From the NCBI RefSeq assembly GCF_036365525.1, contig NC_090404.1, positions 45,641,544-45,705,543 on the forward strand: a stretch of DNA of 64,000 bases. Reading direction: 5' to 3'. Positions 49,291 to 61,372 of this stretch are shown here, one piece after another. Each line of letters opens with the position of its first letter. Position 1 is the first letter of the stretch. The notes under the pieces are model-generated. The model was not told the origin of the DNA. It made no database searches and was given only the letters and a program-made list of their open reading frames with translations. The position numbers and the translations under genes are program-made. The DNA is from Heterodontus francisci. Its lineage: Eukaryota.

Positions 49291-51078
49291 TCTGATTTTA
49301 ACATCCGAATCATTAGTGGTCCTCCAATCTGAGGAAGTCAGGTGGAATTCGATGTGTTTGCACCTCTGCTGAGGGCAGGTCTGGACGGGGCTCTGATGTT
49401 GTTGCTGTAGGATAGGCTGTTGGCATTCATTCTTTGTAATGATCAACTCAGAATGTTCAATCATGAGCGAGACTCAAGGCAACCTTTTTCAGCGGAGCGT
49501 GTACTGGAGTAACAATGACAGTAGACATTTATAAAGCACTTCACAGAGCTGAAAATACATGGATAGGAAATGAATCGAAAGTTGCCTGTTTTCTTTGTTT
49601 TAGAAAGACGAGGAGACGATTTGAGTGTTGAAAACAGCCCAATTCTGACACATGAAATTTCTTCTTGTGGTTGTCTCAAAATACCTCAGTGTTGAAACTC
49701 AGTTTGCTGTTTAAACTTATGGAGATAATTCATTTTATTACAATCAGTCATGTAGCATTCTCATTTCTTCTTGCCTTCCTCACATTTCTTTTTGCTGCCA
49801 AAAACTTTAACCTTGGGAAATAAGAGCACTCTTGTAACATACACCGTGAAATATGCTTCACTCATTTTATGAAGAGATGGTAACTTAATGGGATGAAATC
49901 AGGGATCTCAGTGAGTCGACAAATACATGTTTACATCTGCCAATTTGGAAGGAGAGCTAATGGAAATGATTATAATCCAGCAGCAGTTTGCACAACGCTC
50001 CCCTCTGAAACATCGTTGAGAGAAATGAACCAATTTTACTGTAGATTTAAAAAGTAGCAATGTTGGACATGCACAATGAATAAGTAACTTTGACCCCTTG
50101 TAGAGATACTGAGAGTATCAGAGTTTACATCTTCACTGAATATATGAAGGTGGCTTCTATAATTGTTAGATAAATGCTTTTAACTTGCAGTGAAAACAAC
50201 GAGGGTGAATGTTCATTCTTTTAAGTTGCATGTCATGCATAAATAAAATATGATTCTTGATTCTTATGGTCAGAGCGAGCATTTTACTTTTAAAACGGAA
50301 GACGTGTTTTCCAATATCTCTCGGTACTTATCTTAATTTTGTAAAGGTACGGATACTAGAAAAAATCTTCCCACTGTTACTGATATCAATATCAAATACC
50401 TCTGGGCCAGGTATATCATCGCAACATTATAGACTTCCTCACTTTACACTCTTCACACAATGGTATATTTAACCTCAACCTTCCAGCAATGGGTCCTTCC
50501 TAGACCAGAGTGGTAGTTCTTATGTTTTCCTAAAAATATTGCACTCTCTAAGTGAAGCAGTGAAATTGGTGTCAAATGATGTCGAGCATCTACATGTTGG
50601 TTTTGAGGGCATGCTTCTGTTCATTGCTCAGACCGAGACAAGTTCATTTCTACCCAAAGTTTGGGACAGAAAAAGAGGGGAAATTGCGTTACTTTCTTGG
50701 AGGTATATTGGAACCTACCGCATTCAGGCCATAGAGCTGCAATTGACCGTCAGCACCTCAGTTAGTCTGATGGGTGAACGTTTGCAACATGAGTGCGTGG
50801 ACAATTAGTTCCAATTAAATCCAAGTTAGAGAAATTCCCGATCTGTGGAATGCATAATCGGAAATATTATCGAGGACATCGTCCAGAGAAGCCAGAGGAT
50901 GAAAACAACAAGACCAGAAGGGAGCGGCATCTTATTAGCTAAACAGAAACAATCTGAGAAAAGGCATAACCTACTCCAGTAAGTAGAATTATTTTACATC
51001 TCTTGGAGTATGTTGCTGTTGTTGTTACCCGTGAATTCAACCTGACAGCTTGAAATAACCATTCCCCCTTCTTTCCAG

Positions 51079-51335
51079 ATGATTGTCATGAGGCAGACAT
51101 TTCTGTCAATATATTGAACCCCCTCTTTGAAGAGATTTGGACACAACGAACAGCGGCCATTGTTTGTGAAATCCTTTACAGCGATTTAGAAAACGTCAGC
51201 GTGTCCTGGCAAGTGGGTGGGAGTGGGAGAACGGAAGGAATCGAGACTCAGAATCCCAAGTGGAATGGAAGCAAATTCGCCATCGTTAGTAAACTGAAAG
51301 TCACCGTAGCAGAGTGGAACAGTGGGGGTGAATGA
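51079..51335 (+). pseudogene. IgNAR: IgNAR C4 domain exon, 3'-truncated
   Basis: CTTTCCAG acceptor, phase 1. DDCHEADISVNILNPLFEEIWTQRTAAIVCEILYSDLENVSVSWQVGGSGRTEGIETQNPKWNGSKFAIVSKLKVTVAEWNSGGE* matches recalled IgNAR C4 (DCRQTDISVSLLKPPFEEIWTQQTATIVCEIVYSDLEN). Homology stops just before the second canonical Cys. Confidence 0.9.
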
Positions 51336-52229
51336 TGCTGTGCCTTTTCTCTCTCATTCTGTCCTCCTCCCTCTATCCATTCATCGATCTACTCTATCCC
51401 TTGCACGCTTCCATGTATAGAATTTCCCATGGCATTACAGAAGGAAAATCGAGAGTAAGTGTTGTCTTCACGGATAGAGAGTTGGAGATAATTAGACAAG
51501 GGTGCGAGACTGTAATTCAGTTCTTATTCCAAAGTCAGGCATTCTGCCCTTACTTTCTGATTGTCATTACAAATTCGTCATTCCTTATTTTAAATATAGA
51601 GTGTAATTCTGCATTATCACGCTGTCTTTACACAGTCATTAATAATGCTTCAATGCCTTTGGTTACCTCCCCAGACCTCTGATTGCACTACACTTAAACC
51701 AACTGCACGTCCCTACTCCCGCAATACCGGCATGTTTTACTATTTAGCTGTAATATTGCTCATTTGAAGTCAAAGTATTATCTAAAATTTGGGACATGGT
51801 GCATGACATTAAAGTCGGAAATGCATACATTTAATCACTATGTGAGAACTACACCTCTAAACACTTCACTGGAAGGCTTGAAAACCTTAAGACTATACCA
51901 GATTCGCTATGAGTTCAGCGACGATTCACATAAACCGTTGCATTTTTCTGGAAATTGAATTATTGTTGTATGATGACAGATAACAAATGATTCCCCTGTA
52001 ATTTAAACATTCGCAGAGATACACGGGTAGTGAGGCTTTCAGGACTCAGGGCTTGTGGTCAATCACTTCTAGAGGGCAACTGTGGAAATTCAGAAACATC
52101 TTCTCATTTCATAACATTAGTCAAATATTGTGTTTTTGGTTGCATGCTTTTGACTATTCAGTGTGATTATACATCATTTGCCTCACTCTGGTACTCACTG
52201 GGTTATCATCCTATCTTTTCTCACTGCAG

Positions 52230-52238
52230 GTGAACTAG
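52230..52238 (+). pseudogene. Possible IgH TM2 (cytoplasmic tail) exon, Val-Asn-stop
   Basis: Strong acceptor CTATCTTTTCTCACTGCAG|GTG AAC TAG, shaped like the IgH M2 exon (VK-stop); AATAAA at 52775-52780. Confidence 0.4.
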
Positions 52239-53856
52239 TGGCTGCTTGGCCTGGAGACACTTACGGTTTTATTCAAAGTTTGTGTGGGAACTTTTATCAG
52301 ATGCTGACGACAGACAGGATTGAATTGCTTCTCTATCTCACTGTTATCGTATGCTCCACTGTACACTTCATCTTGTATTCTTACATAGTCTCAACCAAAC
52401 CATGAAAACTGTTTGCTTCATTTTCTGCCATTACCTCAAGCCTTAACTCTTGCGTCATTGAGTAGTAGTGTTAAATAGAATTTATCGTAACTGTAACAAA
52501 CCAGTGAACTCGGGAAATTCCGCAGAATCAATTAAAATAAACTGAGGAGAAATCATTGAATATCGCTGTGTGTTAGCAGCAGCTTGAAATAGCGGGAGTG
52601 TTCCCTCTGTCTGTCATTAGCTAAATACGTGATCACGATGTCACTGGGACCAGTAACCAGATAAACTTTCCTACTACGCATGTGTGCTTGTAGACACACT
52701 GCCATGGGTGCAGATCTTCCCCGTTAATCTTGGATTGGGCAGTACAGAGGGTCCAGGTACTCCTTATGGAAAACAATAAAAATGCATTAAAATAATTCTA
52801 AAATCACGTGGTTGTGTAGATTGCAAACAACATCTGTAGAAAGAGTAAGCATTCCTCTGGTCGCGTTTAACATTGATAATCGCATTTGTGAAAAAATCCT
52901 CTGCTCAGCATTTCTTGCAGAATCAGGAAGTGGTCGCAGCTGAATGTCGTAACGATTTCATTAATGATACATAACAGAGGAAATCTTCAAGAATGTCTTC
53001 ACGCTGTCCTTACGTACAAAGCCTAGAAGAGCACAGCGATGCATCTTCCCTTATCAATGTAATATGAGGAACATCTGCATTCATTTATGACACAGTTTCA
53101 GGGCTTTACATACATGCAGAACCCCAATGGAAACTAAAGAACATCTTGACTGACTGTTAGTAACACACGTCCGTTGAAGTGTTGCAAATTCGATGCCGTG
53201 TTTCAACCCATGGTTAAGAATTCATCAGGAAGTTTGTTCCTGCGAGATCATTTGTGCCTTCAAATCAATTTCTCTGAGCCCCTATTTCTGACATTTCTAA
53301 AAATGATGCATTCACAATGTGCCAAGGAATACCAAGCAGGGCCAACGTACATCTCCCTTCTATCATATTATATTGATTATTTCCAGAATTACAATATAAA
53401 TTGAGTCAAAATGCGATATTAGGATCGATTTTGTTTCTAATGTGATATAGGAATATAAGGAACAGGAATAGGCCATTCAGTAACTTGCGCCTGCTCAGCC
53501 ATGCAAATAGATCATGGCTGATCTGTGCACCAACTCCATTGCCTCGCCTTAGTTTAAGATACTTTGGTACCTTTCCTGACAGTATTTGCACTGGTTTGTG
53601 GAAATGATTTTTAAGAAATAATGGGGACTTGTCCCAAATATTTTGGAATTTAAGTGCTTTTATCAAAGGATTTTATGTTCATCTTTGTTTTGAATGTTAC
53701 TACTGTGTAATCGTTTATTCATTACTTATAGGCTCTGTCAACACAAAGGTTTACAACGTAATCAAATAAACTGCTTCATACCGTTGTTAAATGTCCTGGG
53801 TTTAAATCGAACACTTATTTTTTGTATGCATTTTATTCACCTTTTAGTTTGATGAA

Positions 53857-54085
53857 TTTTTTTTCTTTTGGGCCTCCTTATCTCGAGAGACTGGATATGC
53901 GCCTGGAGGTGGTCAGTGGTTTGTGAAGCAGCGCCTGGAGTGGCTATAAAGGCCAATTCTGGAGTGACAGGCTCTTCCACAGGTGCTGCAGAGAAATTTG
54001 TTTGTTGGGGCTGTTGCACAGTTGGCTCTCCCCTTGCGCCTCTGTCTTTTTTCCTGCCAACTACTAAGTCTCTTCGACTCGCCAC
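53857..54085 (-). mobile_element. RTE LINE 3' fragment
   Basis: Reverse complement of about 30225-30445. Confidence 0.85.
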
Positions 54086-55244
54086 AATGAATAACTTAGT
54101 GAAATTCTCCTATAAGCATTACAAACGCTACTCCTGGAGCAAATAAAGTCATCTGGGGATTAAATTCAATCGAATCGCCAGTTAACTGAATCCCATTTAT
54201 TTACCATTGATATTGAATAGACCAGAGAATCCGAAGGATTATGTGTTACTGGAGCATGAGAAATAACCCGGACAATTAACCCAATCTCATTATTAAACGG
54301 AATAACAATTACTACGACAAGATCCAGGCATTCTAACATATTGAGTATTCAGTCTTAGCACGGTTTTCTGGTGATTAATTTGATGAATTTATTCATTCAA
54401 CACAGAAAACCAGTTACTAATTCACCGAAGTGACTCTTTCAATTCAGCACAGCTAAATATATTGCAGCCATTTCGTAGAAAACTGCAGAGAGCTAACAAC
54501 TGGAGATTGATGCTTGTGATATTCCGCTACATGGATTTACTGCCTATCTGTGGCTTTCCTTTGTTACATGATTCGAAACGTTAAGCCATTTAATTTAAAC
54601 CAGTCATGTCTCAATTGAAACAATATTCAAAGGATATCGCAGCAAGGTATTGCTGTATTAATATCACAATCAGCAGTTTCCATTGGCACATCATTAAAAT
54701 GACCAGAAAGATTAAGCATGTAAAAATTTCTTGGTATTACTTACGGCCTACTGCTTCATACCTTCCCATGGTGGACCATTTTCCCTGTTTTATGGCAAGA
54801 GTTAACATGTTTAACTTAAGTTGTTTCCATATTTTACAAAAACAATTTTCATTTATATCGCCCTGCTACGTTGTACCACTTCCCAAGGCGCCTCATATGA
54901 GCGTTATGAAACAAATATTGGCACCGAGCCACATATGAGGATTTTAGGATATAAAGTAAGGTAAATAATGGATAAAATTCAATTTAACAGCTTACTAAAG
55001 TTGCAACTTGTTTGGATCTTCTCCTGCATTGCAGGGGAATCTTTGATGGAACCACCAAAGTTATGGTGATGGAGCCAAGGGATCCTGTAATGAAATTCCC
55101 TGCATAGAGTGTCTTCAACATTTTGGAGGAAATTTGTTTGGATGCTATACTAGCTGAAGCACTGCCCTGCTAAAAGAAAAGGTTCACACGTTCTGTAAAA
55201 TTGGAATTTCAAACACACCGAGAAAGCACTGGGAAGATAATAGC

Positions 55245-56936
55245 CCAGAATAATTTGAATCAGTATTCACCAAGGAGAAGGACTTGGTGGATGATGAGCC
55301 TAGGGAAGGGACTGCAGATAGTCTCAGTCATCTCATTATCAAAAAGGAGGAGTTGTTGGGTGTCTTGCAAAGCATTAAGGTAGATAAGTCCCCAGGGCCT
55401 GATGGGCTCTACCCCAGAATACTGAGGGAGGCAAGGGAAAAATTTGCTGGGCCTTGACAGAAATCTTTGCATCTTCATTGGCTACAGGTGAGGTCCCAGA
55501 GAACTGGACAATAGCCAATGTTGTTCCTTTGTTTAAGAAGGGTAGCAAGGATAATCCAGGAAATTATAGGCCGGTGAGCCTTACGTCAGTGTTAGGGAAA
55601 TTATTAGAGAGGATTCTTCGGGACAGGATTTACTCCCATTTGGAAACAAATGGACTTATTAGCGAGAGGCAGCATGGTTTTGTGAAGGGGAGGTCGTGTC
55701 TCACTAATTTGATTGAGTTTTTTGAGAAAGTGATGAAGATGATTGATGAAGGAAGTGCAGTGGATGTTATCTATATGGACTTCAGTAAAGCCTTTGACAT
55801 GGCAGACTGATACAAAAGGTGAAGTCACACTGGATCAGAGGTGAGCTGGCACGATGGATACAGAACTGGTTCGGTCATAGAAGACAGAGTGTAGCAGTGG
55901 AAGGGTGCTTTTCTGAATGGAGGGATGTGACTACTGGTGTTCTCAGGGATCAGTGCTGGGACCTTTGCTGTTTGTAGTATATATAAATGATTTGGACGTA
56001 AATGTAGCTGGTCTGATTAGTAAGTTTGCGGACGACATAAAGGTTGGTGGAGTTGCGGACAGTGATGATTGTCAGAGGATACAGCAGGATATAGATCGGT
56101 TGGAGTCTTGGGCAGAGAAATGGCAGATGGGGTTTAATTCGGACAAATGTGAGGTAATGCATTTTGGAAGGTCTAATGCAGGTGGGAAGTATACAGTAAA
56201 TGACAGAACGCTTAGGAGTATTGACAGGCAGAGAGATCTGGGCGTACAGGTCACTGAAAGTGGCAACGCAGGTGAATAATGTAATCAAGAAGGCATAAGG
56301 CATGCTTGCCTTCATCGATCGAGGCATAGAGTATATAAACTGGCAAGTCATGCTGCAGCTGTACAGAACTTTAGTTAAGCCACACTTAGAATATTGCATG
56401 CAATTCTGGTAGCCACACTACCAGAAGGACGTGGAGGCTTTGGAGAGGGTACAGCAGAATTTACCAGGATGTTGCCTGGTTTGGAGAGCATTAGCTATGA
56501 GAAGAGGTTGGATAAACTCGGATTGTTTTCACTGGAACGACGGAGGTGGAGGGGCGACATGATAGAGGCTTACAAAGTTATAAGCGGAATGGACTGAGTG
56601 GGTAGTCAGAAGCTTTTTCCCAGGGTGGAAGAGTCAGTTACTAGGGGACATAGATTTAAGGTGAGAGGGGCAAAGTTTAGAGGGGATGTGCGAGGCAAGT
56701 TCTTTACACAGAGGGTGGTGAGTGCCTGCAACCTGATGCCGGGGGAGGTGGTGGAAGCAGGTACCATAGAGCCGTTTAAGAGGCATCTTGACAAAAATAT
56801 GAATAGGAAGGGAATAGAGGGATACGGACCCCGGAAATGCAGAAGGTTTTAGTTTAGGCAGGCATCAAGATCAAAGCAGGCTTGGAGGGCCGAATGGCCT
56901 GTTCCTGTGCTGTACTGATCTTTGTTCTTTGTTCTT
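55245..56936 (+). mobile_element. CR1 LINE, 5'-truncated (RT)
   Basis: PLFKKGSKDNPGNYRPVSLTS, QGSVLGP and KFADD motifs; (TTTGTTC)n tail. Confidence 0.92.
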
Positions 56937-57249
56937 ATATAAAGATCCAGGAAAACAAACAAAGGTGTAAAATTAAGTCCGATAGCATGAAGGCAATGTA
57001 ATTGAAGTCTAGGAGCAGGGGGATGGAATCCAATGAAATATGTTGTAAATTGATGTTATCCTCAGAACACATTAACCTGTGCCAGGTTTCACCAATCTGC
57101 TTCTTACCATTCATATAATCTGAAAAAATGCCAGGAAATTCATCCTGAGTATCTATTTCAAGTGGAAGGGTTAACAGAACAACAAAACACTACAGAAAGG
57201 AAATTAAGCAGAACGTCTTGAACTATTATTATATATTCGACCCTTGACC

Positions 57250-57552
57250 AGTGACCCGGGTTCGGTTCTGGGTACTGCCTGTGCGGAGATTGCAAGTTTT
57301 CCCTGTGACCGCGTGGGTTTCCACCAGGTGCTCCAGTTTCCTCCCACAGCCAGACTTGCAGGGTGATACGTAAATTGGCCATTGTAAATTTCCCCTAGTG
57401 TAGGTGAGTGGTAGGAGAATGGTGGGGATGTTGTTGGGAATATGGTAATAATGTAGGATTAGTAGAAATGGGTGGTAGTTGGTCGGCACAGACTCGGTGG
57501 GCCGAAGGTCCTGTTTCAGTGCTGTTTCTCTCGATGACTCTATGACTCTATG
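57250..57552 (+). mobile_element. HE1-type SINE, 5'-truncated
   Basis: Starts near the B-box GGTTCGGTTC; (GACTCTAT)n tail. Confidence 0.85.
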
Positions 57553-58329
57553 ACCGTTAAACAACACTTAAACTAAAGCCAATTTGCTGGACGTCCAGCT
57601 GAAATAATGATGTGTCATAATGTCACCAGAGCTCAATTTGTGATTTCTGGTTATTTGTGTATTTGTGTCAAGAAGCTTCATTTTCTCTGACTGCATTATG
57701 CACCATCTAGTGACTAATTGCTGATATTGGAGAAATAAAGGAGCATAGGAACATTCTGGTCCAATTTAGGCTGTTCCTGTATTCAGTTAGCTCATGACTG
57801 ATCTCTATCCCACTTGCATTTACCCGCCTAGATCTATGTCTAATACCTATCGAGCTCAGTGTTGAAAATTGCATTTTCTCAGGATCCATTAACGTTTGAT
57901 GGAGTGTTCCAGATTTCCACTACTTTATTTATGAAAAACTACTTCCTAATTTCACTCCTGAATGACCTAACACTAATTATATGATGGCGCTACCTTGTTC
58001 TAGAATGTTGCAATCAGGCAAAGTAGTTTCACCATCTATCGCCCGTCGAATGTTTTATCATTTTAATGTCTTCCACTAGATCACTGCTCATCTTCTAAAC
58101 TTAAGGGAATACAACCTAAGCTTGAGCAATTTGTTCTTGTAATTTAACTCTTTCAACATTTTGTTAAATCTGCGCAATGCACCGCTAAGCCCAATGGAGG
58201 CATGGTGCCCAGAACTGAAAACAGTATTCCACATGTATTCCGATACAACTGTAACAGAACTGACTCTCCTTTGTACTTCAGCTTCATTGAGCTAAAGGCC
58301 AATATTCATTTTAGTTTATTGATTACTTA

Positions 58330-61125
58330 TTCATAGAATCATAGAACGTTTAATGCACAGAAAGGCTACTTGGCCCATCGTGTCTGTGCCGTCCCATAAA
58401 CAATCCACCTATTCTAATCCCACCTTCCAGCATTTGGTCCATAGCCCTGCAGCTTACGCCACTTAAAGTGGATATCCAGACTCCTTTTGAATGAGTTGAG
58501 GGCCTCTGCCCCAACTACCCTTTCAGGCAGTGCGTTCCAGACAATCATCATCCTCTGGGTGAAAAGGTTTTCCCTCATCTCCTCACTAATTTTTCTACCA
58601 ATCACTTTAAATCTGTGCCCCCTTTATGGCCTCACTGGTCACTGACCTCTCTACTAAGATGAATGGACCCTTCACCTCCACTTTATCCAGGCCCCTCAAA
58701 AATATGTACATTTGTACAAACAACTCTCCCCTCAGCCTTCTTTGTTCCTAGGACAGCAACCCCAACCTCCCCAATATTTCCTCATAGCTGCATTTTTCCA
58801 GTCCTGACAACATCCTCGTAAATCTCCTCTTTACACTCTCTATTGCAATTACATCCTTTCTGCAATGAGGTAACCAGAACTGCACAAAGCACACAGGTTG
58901 TGGCCTAATCAATGAGTTAGACACTTCCAGCATAACCCCCCTGCTCTTAAATTCTATACATCGGCCAATAAAGGAAAAGATTCCATATGCCTTCCTAACC
59001 ACCTTATCGACCTGTCCTGCTACCGTCAGGGATCGGTGGACATTTACTCCAAAGTCCCTTATTTCCTCTACACTTCTCAGTATTTTCTCATTAATCGTGT
59101 ATTCCTTTGCCTTGTGTGACCTCCCCAAATACGTCACCTCACACTTCTCCAGGTTAGAACATAGAACATTAGAACATAGAACATTACAGCACAGTACAGG
59201 CCCTTCGGCCCTCGATGTTGCACCGACCTGTGAAACCATCTGACCTACACTATTCCATTTTTATCCATATGTCTACCCAATGACCACTTAAATGCCCTTA
59301 AAGTTGGCGAGTCTACTACTGTTGCAGGCAGGGCGTTCCACGCCCCTACTACTCTCTGAGTAAAGAAACTACCTCTGACATCTGTCCTATATCTATCACC
59401 CCTCAACTTAAAGCTATGTCCCCTCGTATTTGCCATCACCATCCGAGGAAAAAGACTCACTATCCACCCTATCTAACCCTCTGATTATCTTATATGTCTC
59501 TATTAAGTCACCTCTCCTCCTCCTTCTCTCCAACGAAAAAACCTCAAGTCCCTCAGCCTTTCCTTGCAAGACCTTCCCTCCATACCAGGCAACATCCTAG
59601 TAAATCTCCTCTGCACCCTTTCCAAAGCTTCCACATCCTTCCTATAATGCGGTGACCAGACTGCACGCAATACTCCAGGTGCGGCCGCATCAGAGTTTTG
59701 TACAGCTGCAGCATGACCTCATGGCTCCGAAACTCGATCCCCCTACTAATAAAAGCTAACACACCATATGCCTTCTTAACAGCCCTATTAACCTGGGTAG
59801 CAACTTTCAGGGATTTATGTATCTGGACACCAAGATCTCTCTGCTCATCTACACTACCAAGAATCTTCCCATTAGCCCAGTACTCTGCATTCCTGTTACT
59901 CCTTCCAAAGTGAATCACCTCACACTTTTCCGCATTAAACTCCATTTGCCATCTCTCAGCCCAGCTCTGCAGCCTATCTATGTCCATCTGTAACCTACAA
60001 CATCCTTCGGCACTATCCACAACTCCACCGACCTTCGTGTCATCCGCAAATTTACTAACCCACCCTTCTACACCCTCATCCAGGTCATTTATAAAAATGA
60101 CAAACAGCAGTGGCCCCAAAACAGATCCTTGCGGTACACCACTAGTAACTAAACTCCAGGATGAACATTTGCCATCAACCACCACCCTCTGTCTTCTTTC
60201 AGCTAGCCAATTTCTGATCCAAAGCACTAAATCACCTTCAACCCCATACCTCCGTATTTTCTGCAATAGCCTACCGTGGGGAACCTTATCAAACGCCTTA
60301 CTGAAATCCATATACACCACGTCCACGGCTTTACCCTCATCCACCTGTTTGGTCACCTTCTCGAAAAACTCAATAAGGTTTGTGAGGCACGACCTACCCT
60401 TCACAAAACCGAGCTGACTATCACTAATGAACTTATTCTTTTCAAGATGATTATAAATCCTATCTCTTATAACCTTTTCCAACATTTTACCCACAACCGA
60501 AGTAAGGCTCACAGGTCTATAATTACCAGGGCTGTCCCTACTCCCCTTCTTGAACAAGGGGGGACAACATTTGCTATCCTCCAGTCTTCCGGCACTATTG
60601 CTATCGACAATGACGACAGGTTGAATTGCATTTGCCACTTTTCTGCCCATCTGACCAGACTATCAATATCTTCCTGGAGCCTACAGCTTTCCTCCTCGCT
60701 ATCTGCCACAAGGCCAATCCTTGTGTCGTCCGCAAACATTGTGATTATGCCTCCCACATATACATCCAAATCGTTAATCTACACCACATAAATCCGGGAA
60801 CCGAATATTGAGCACTGTGGAATGCCAGTGGAAGCGGTCCCCCTGTCGCTAAAACAGCCATCAACGATTACCCTTTGTTTCCTGCCACTGAGCCAATTTT
60901 GCATTCACCTCGCTGCATTTCCCTGGATCCCATGGGGATTTATTTTTTTTAAACCGGTCTGGCATGTGGGCCCTTGTCAAAAGCCTTTCTAAAATCCATG
61001 TAGAGCACATCAACTGTACTACCCTCATTTATCTTCCTTGTTACTTCTTCAAAAATTTCAGTCAAGTTGGTCAAACAAGATCTTACCTTAATAAATCCAT
61101 ACTGACTAGCCTTGATTAACCTGTA
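58330..61125 (-). mobile_element. CR1 RT fragment split by a younger CR1
   Basis: Pieces 58330-59155 and 60617-61125 are collinear. Confidence 0.85.
59156..60616 (-). mobile_element. Young 5'-truncated CR1, sister copy of 33548-34990
   Basis: Near-identical to the 33.5-kb copy; 6-bp TSD CAGGTT at 59150-59155 and 60617-60622. Confidence 0.93.
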
Positions 61126-61301
61126 CCTGTGCCTTATTGTGCCCAGCCACTAACGTTTATTGACTTCTACATATGGCCACCTGCAATTCTTTGTTTCTGT
61201 TCAGTTCCTAACATGTCACATTTAACTTTCTCCTATCTGTTTTCATTCAGCAAGGAAGCTATGTTAGTTGTGACAGGTCACTCAGCAGCAAGAAGGATTC
61301 A

Positions 61302-61372
61302 TTTCCTGACTGGGAACAAACTTGGACCACAGCACTGAGAGAGCTGAATCTTAATCACTAGATCACGAGGGA
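61302..61372 (-). pseudogene. tRNA-Glu(CTC) pseudogene
   Basis: Minus strand TCCCTCGTGATCTAGTGATTAAGATTCAGCTCTCTCAGTGCTGTGGTCCAAGTTTGTTCCCAGTCAGGAAA aligns to vertebrate tRNA-Glu-CTC, with many transitions and a broken T-loop. Confidence 0.75.

Noticed and set aside
43443-51335. IgW or IgM identity of the Ig exons
   Set aside because: The C4-like exon alone could be IgW-related, but the first exon matches the IgNAR-specific C1 sequence closely.
53501-53508. Perfect octamer ATGCAAAT as an Ig enhancer motif
   Set aside because: It lies within a decayed CR1 3'-UTR remnant and is one mutation from the repeat sequence.
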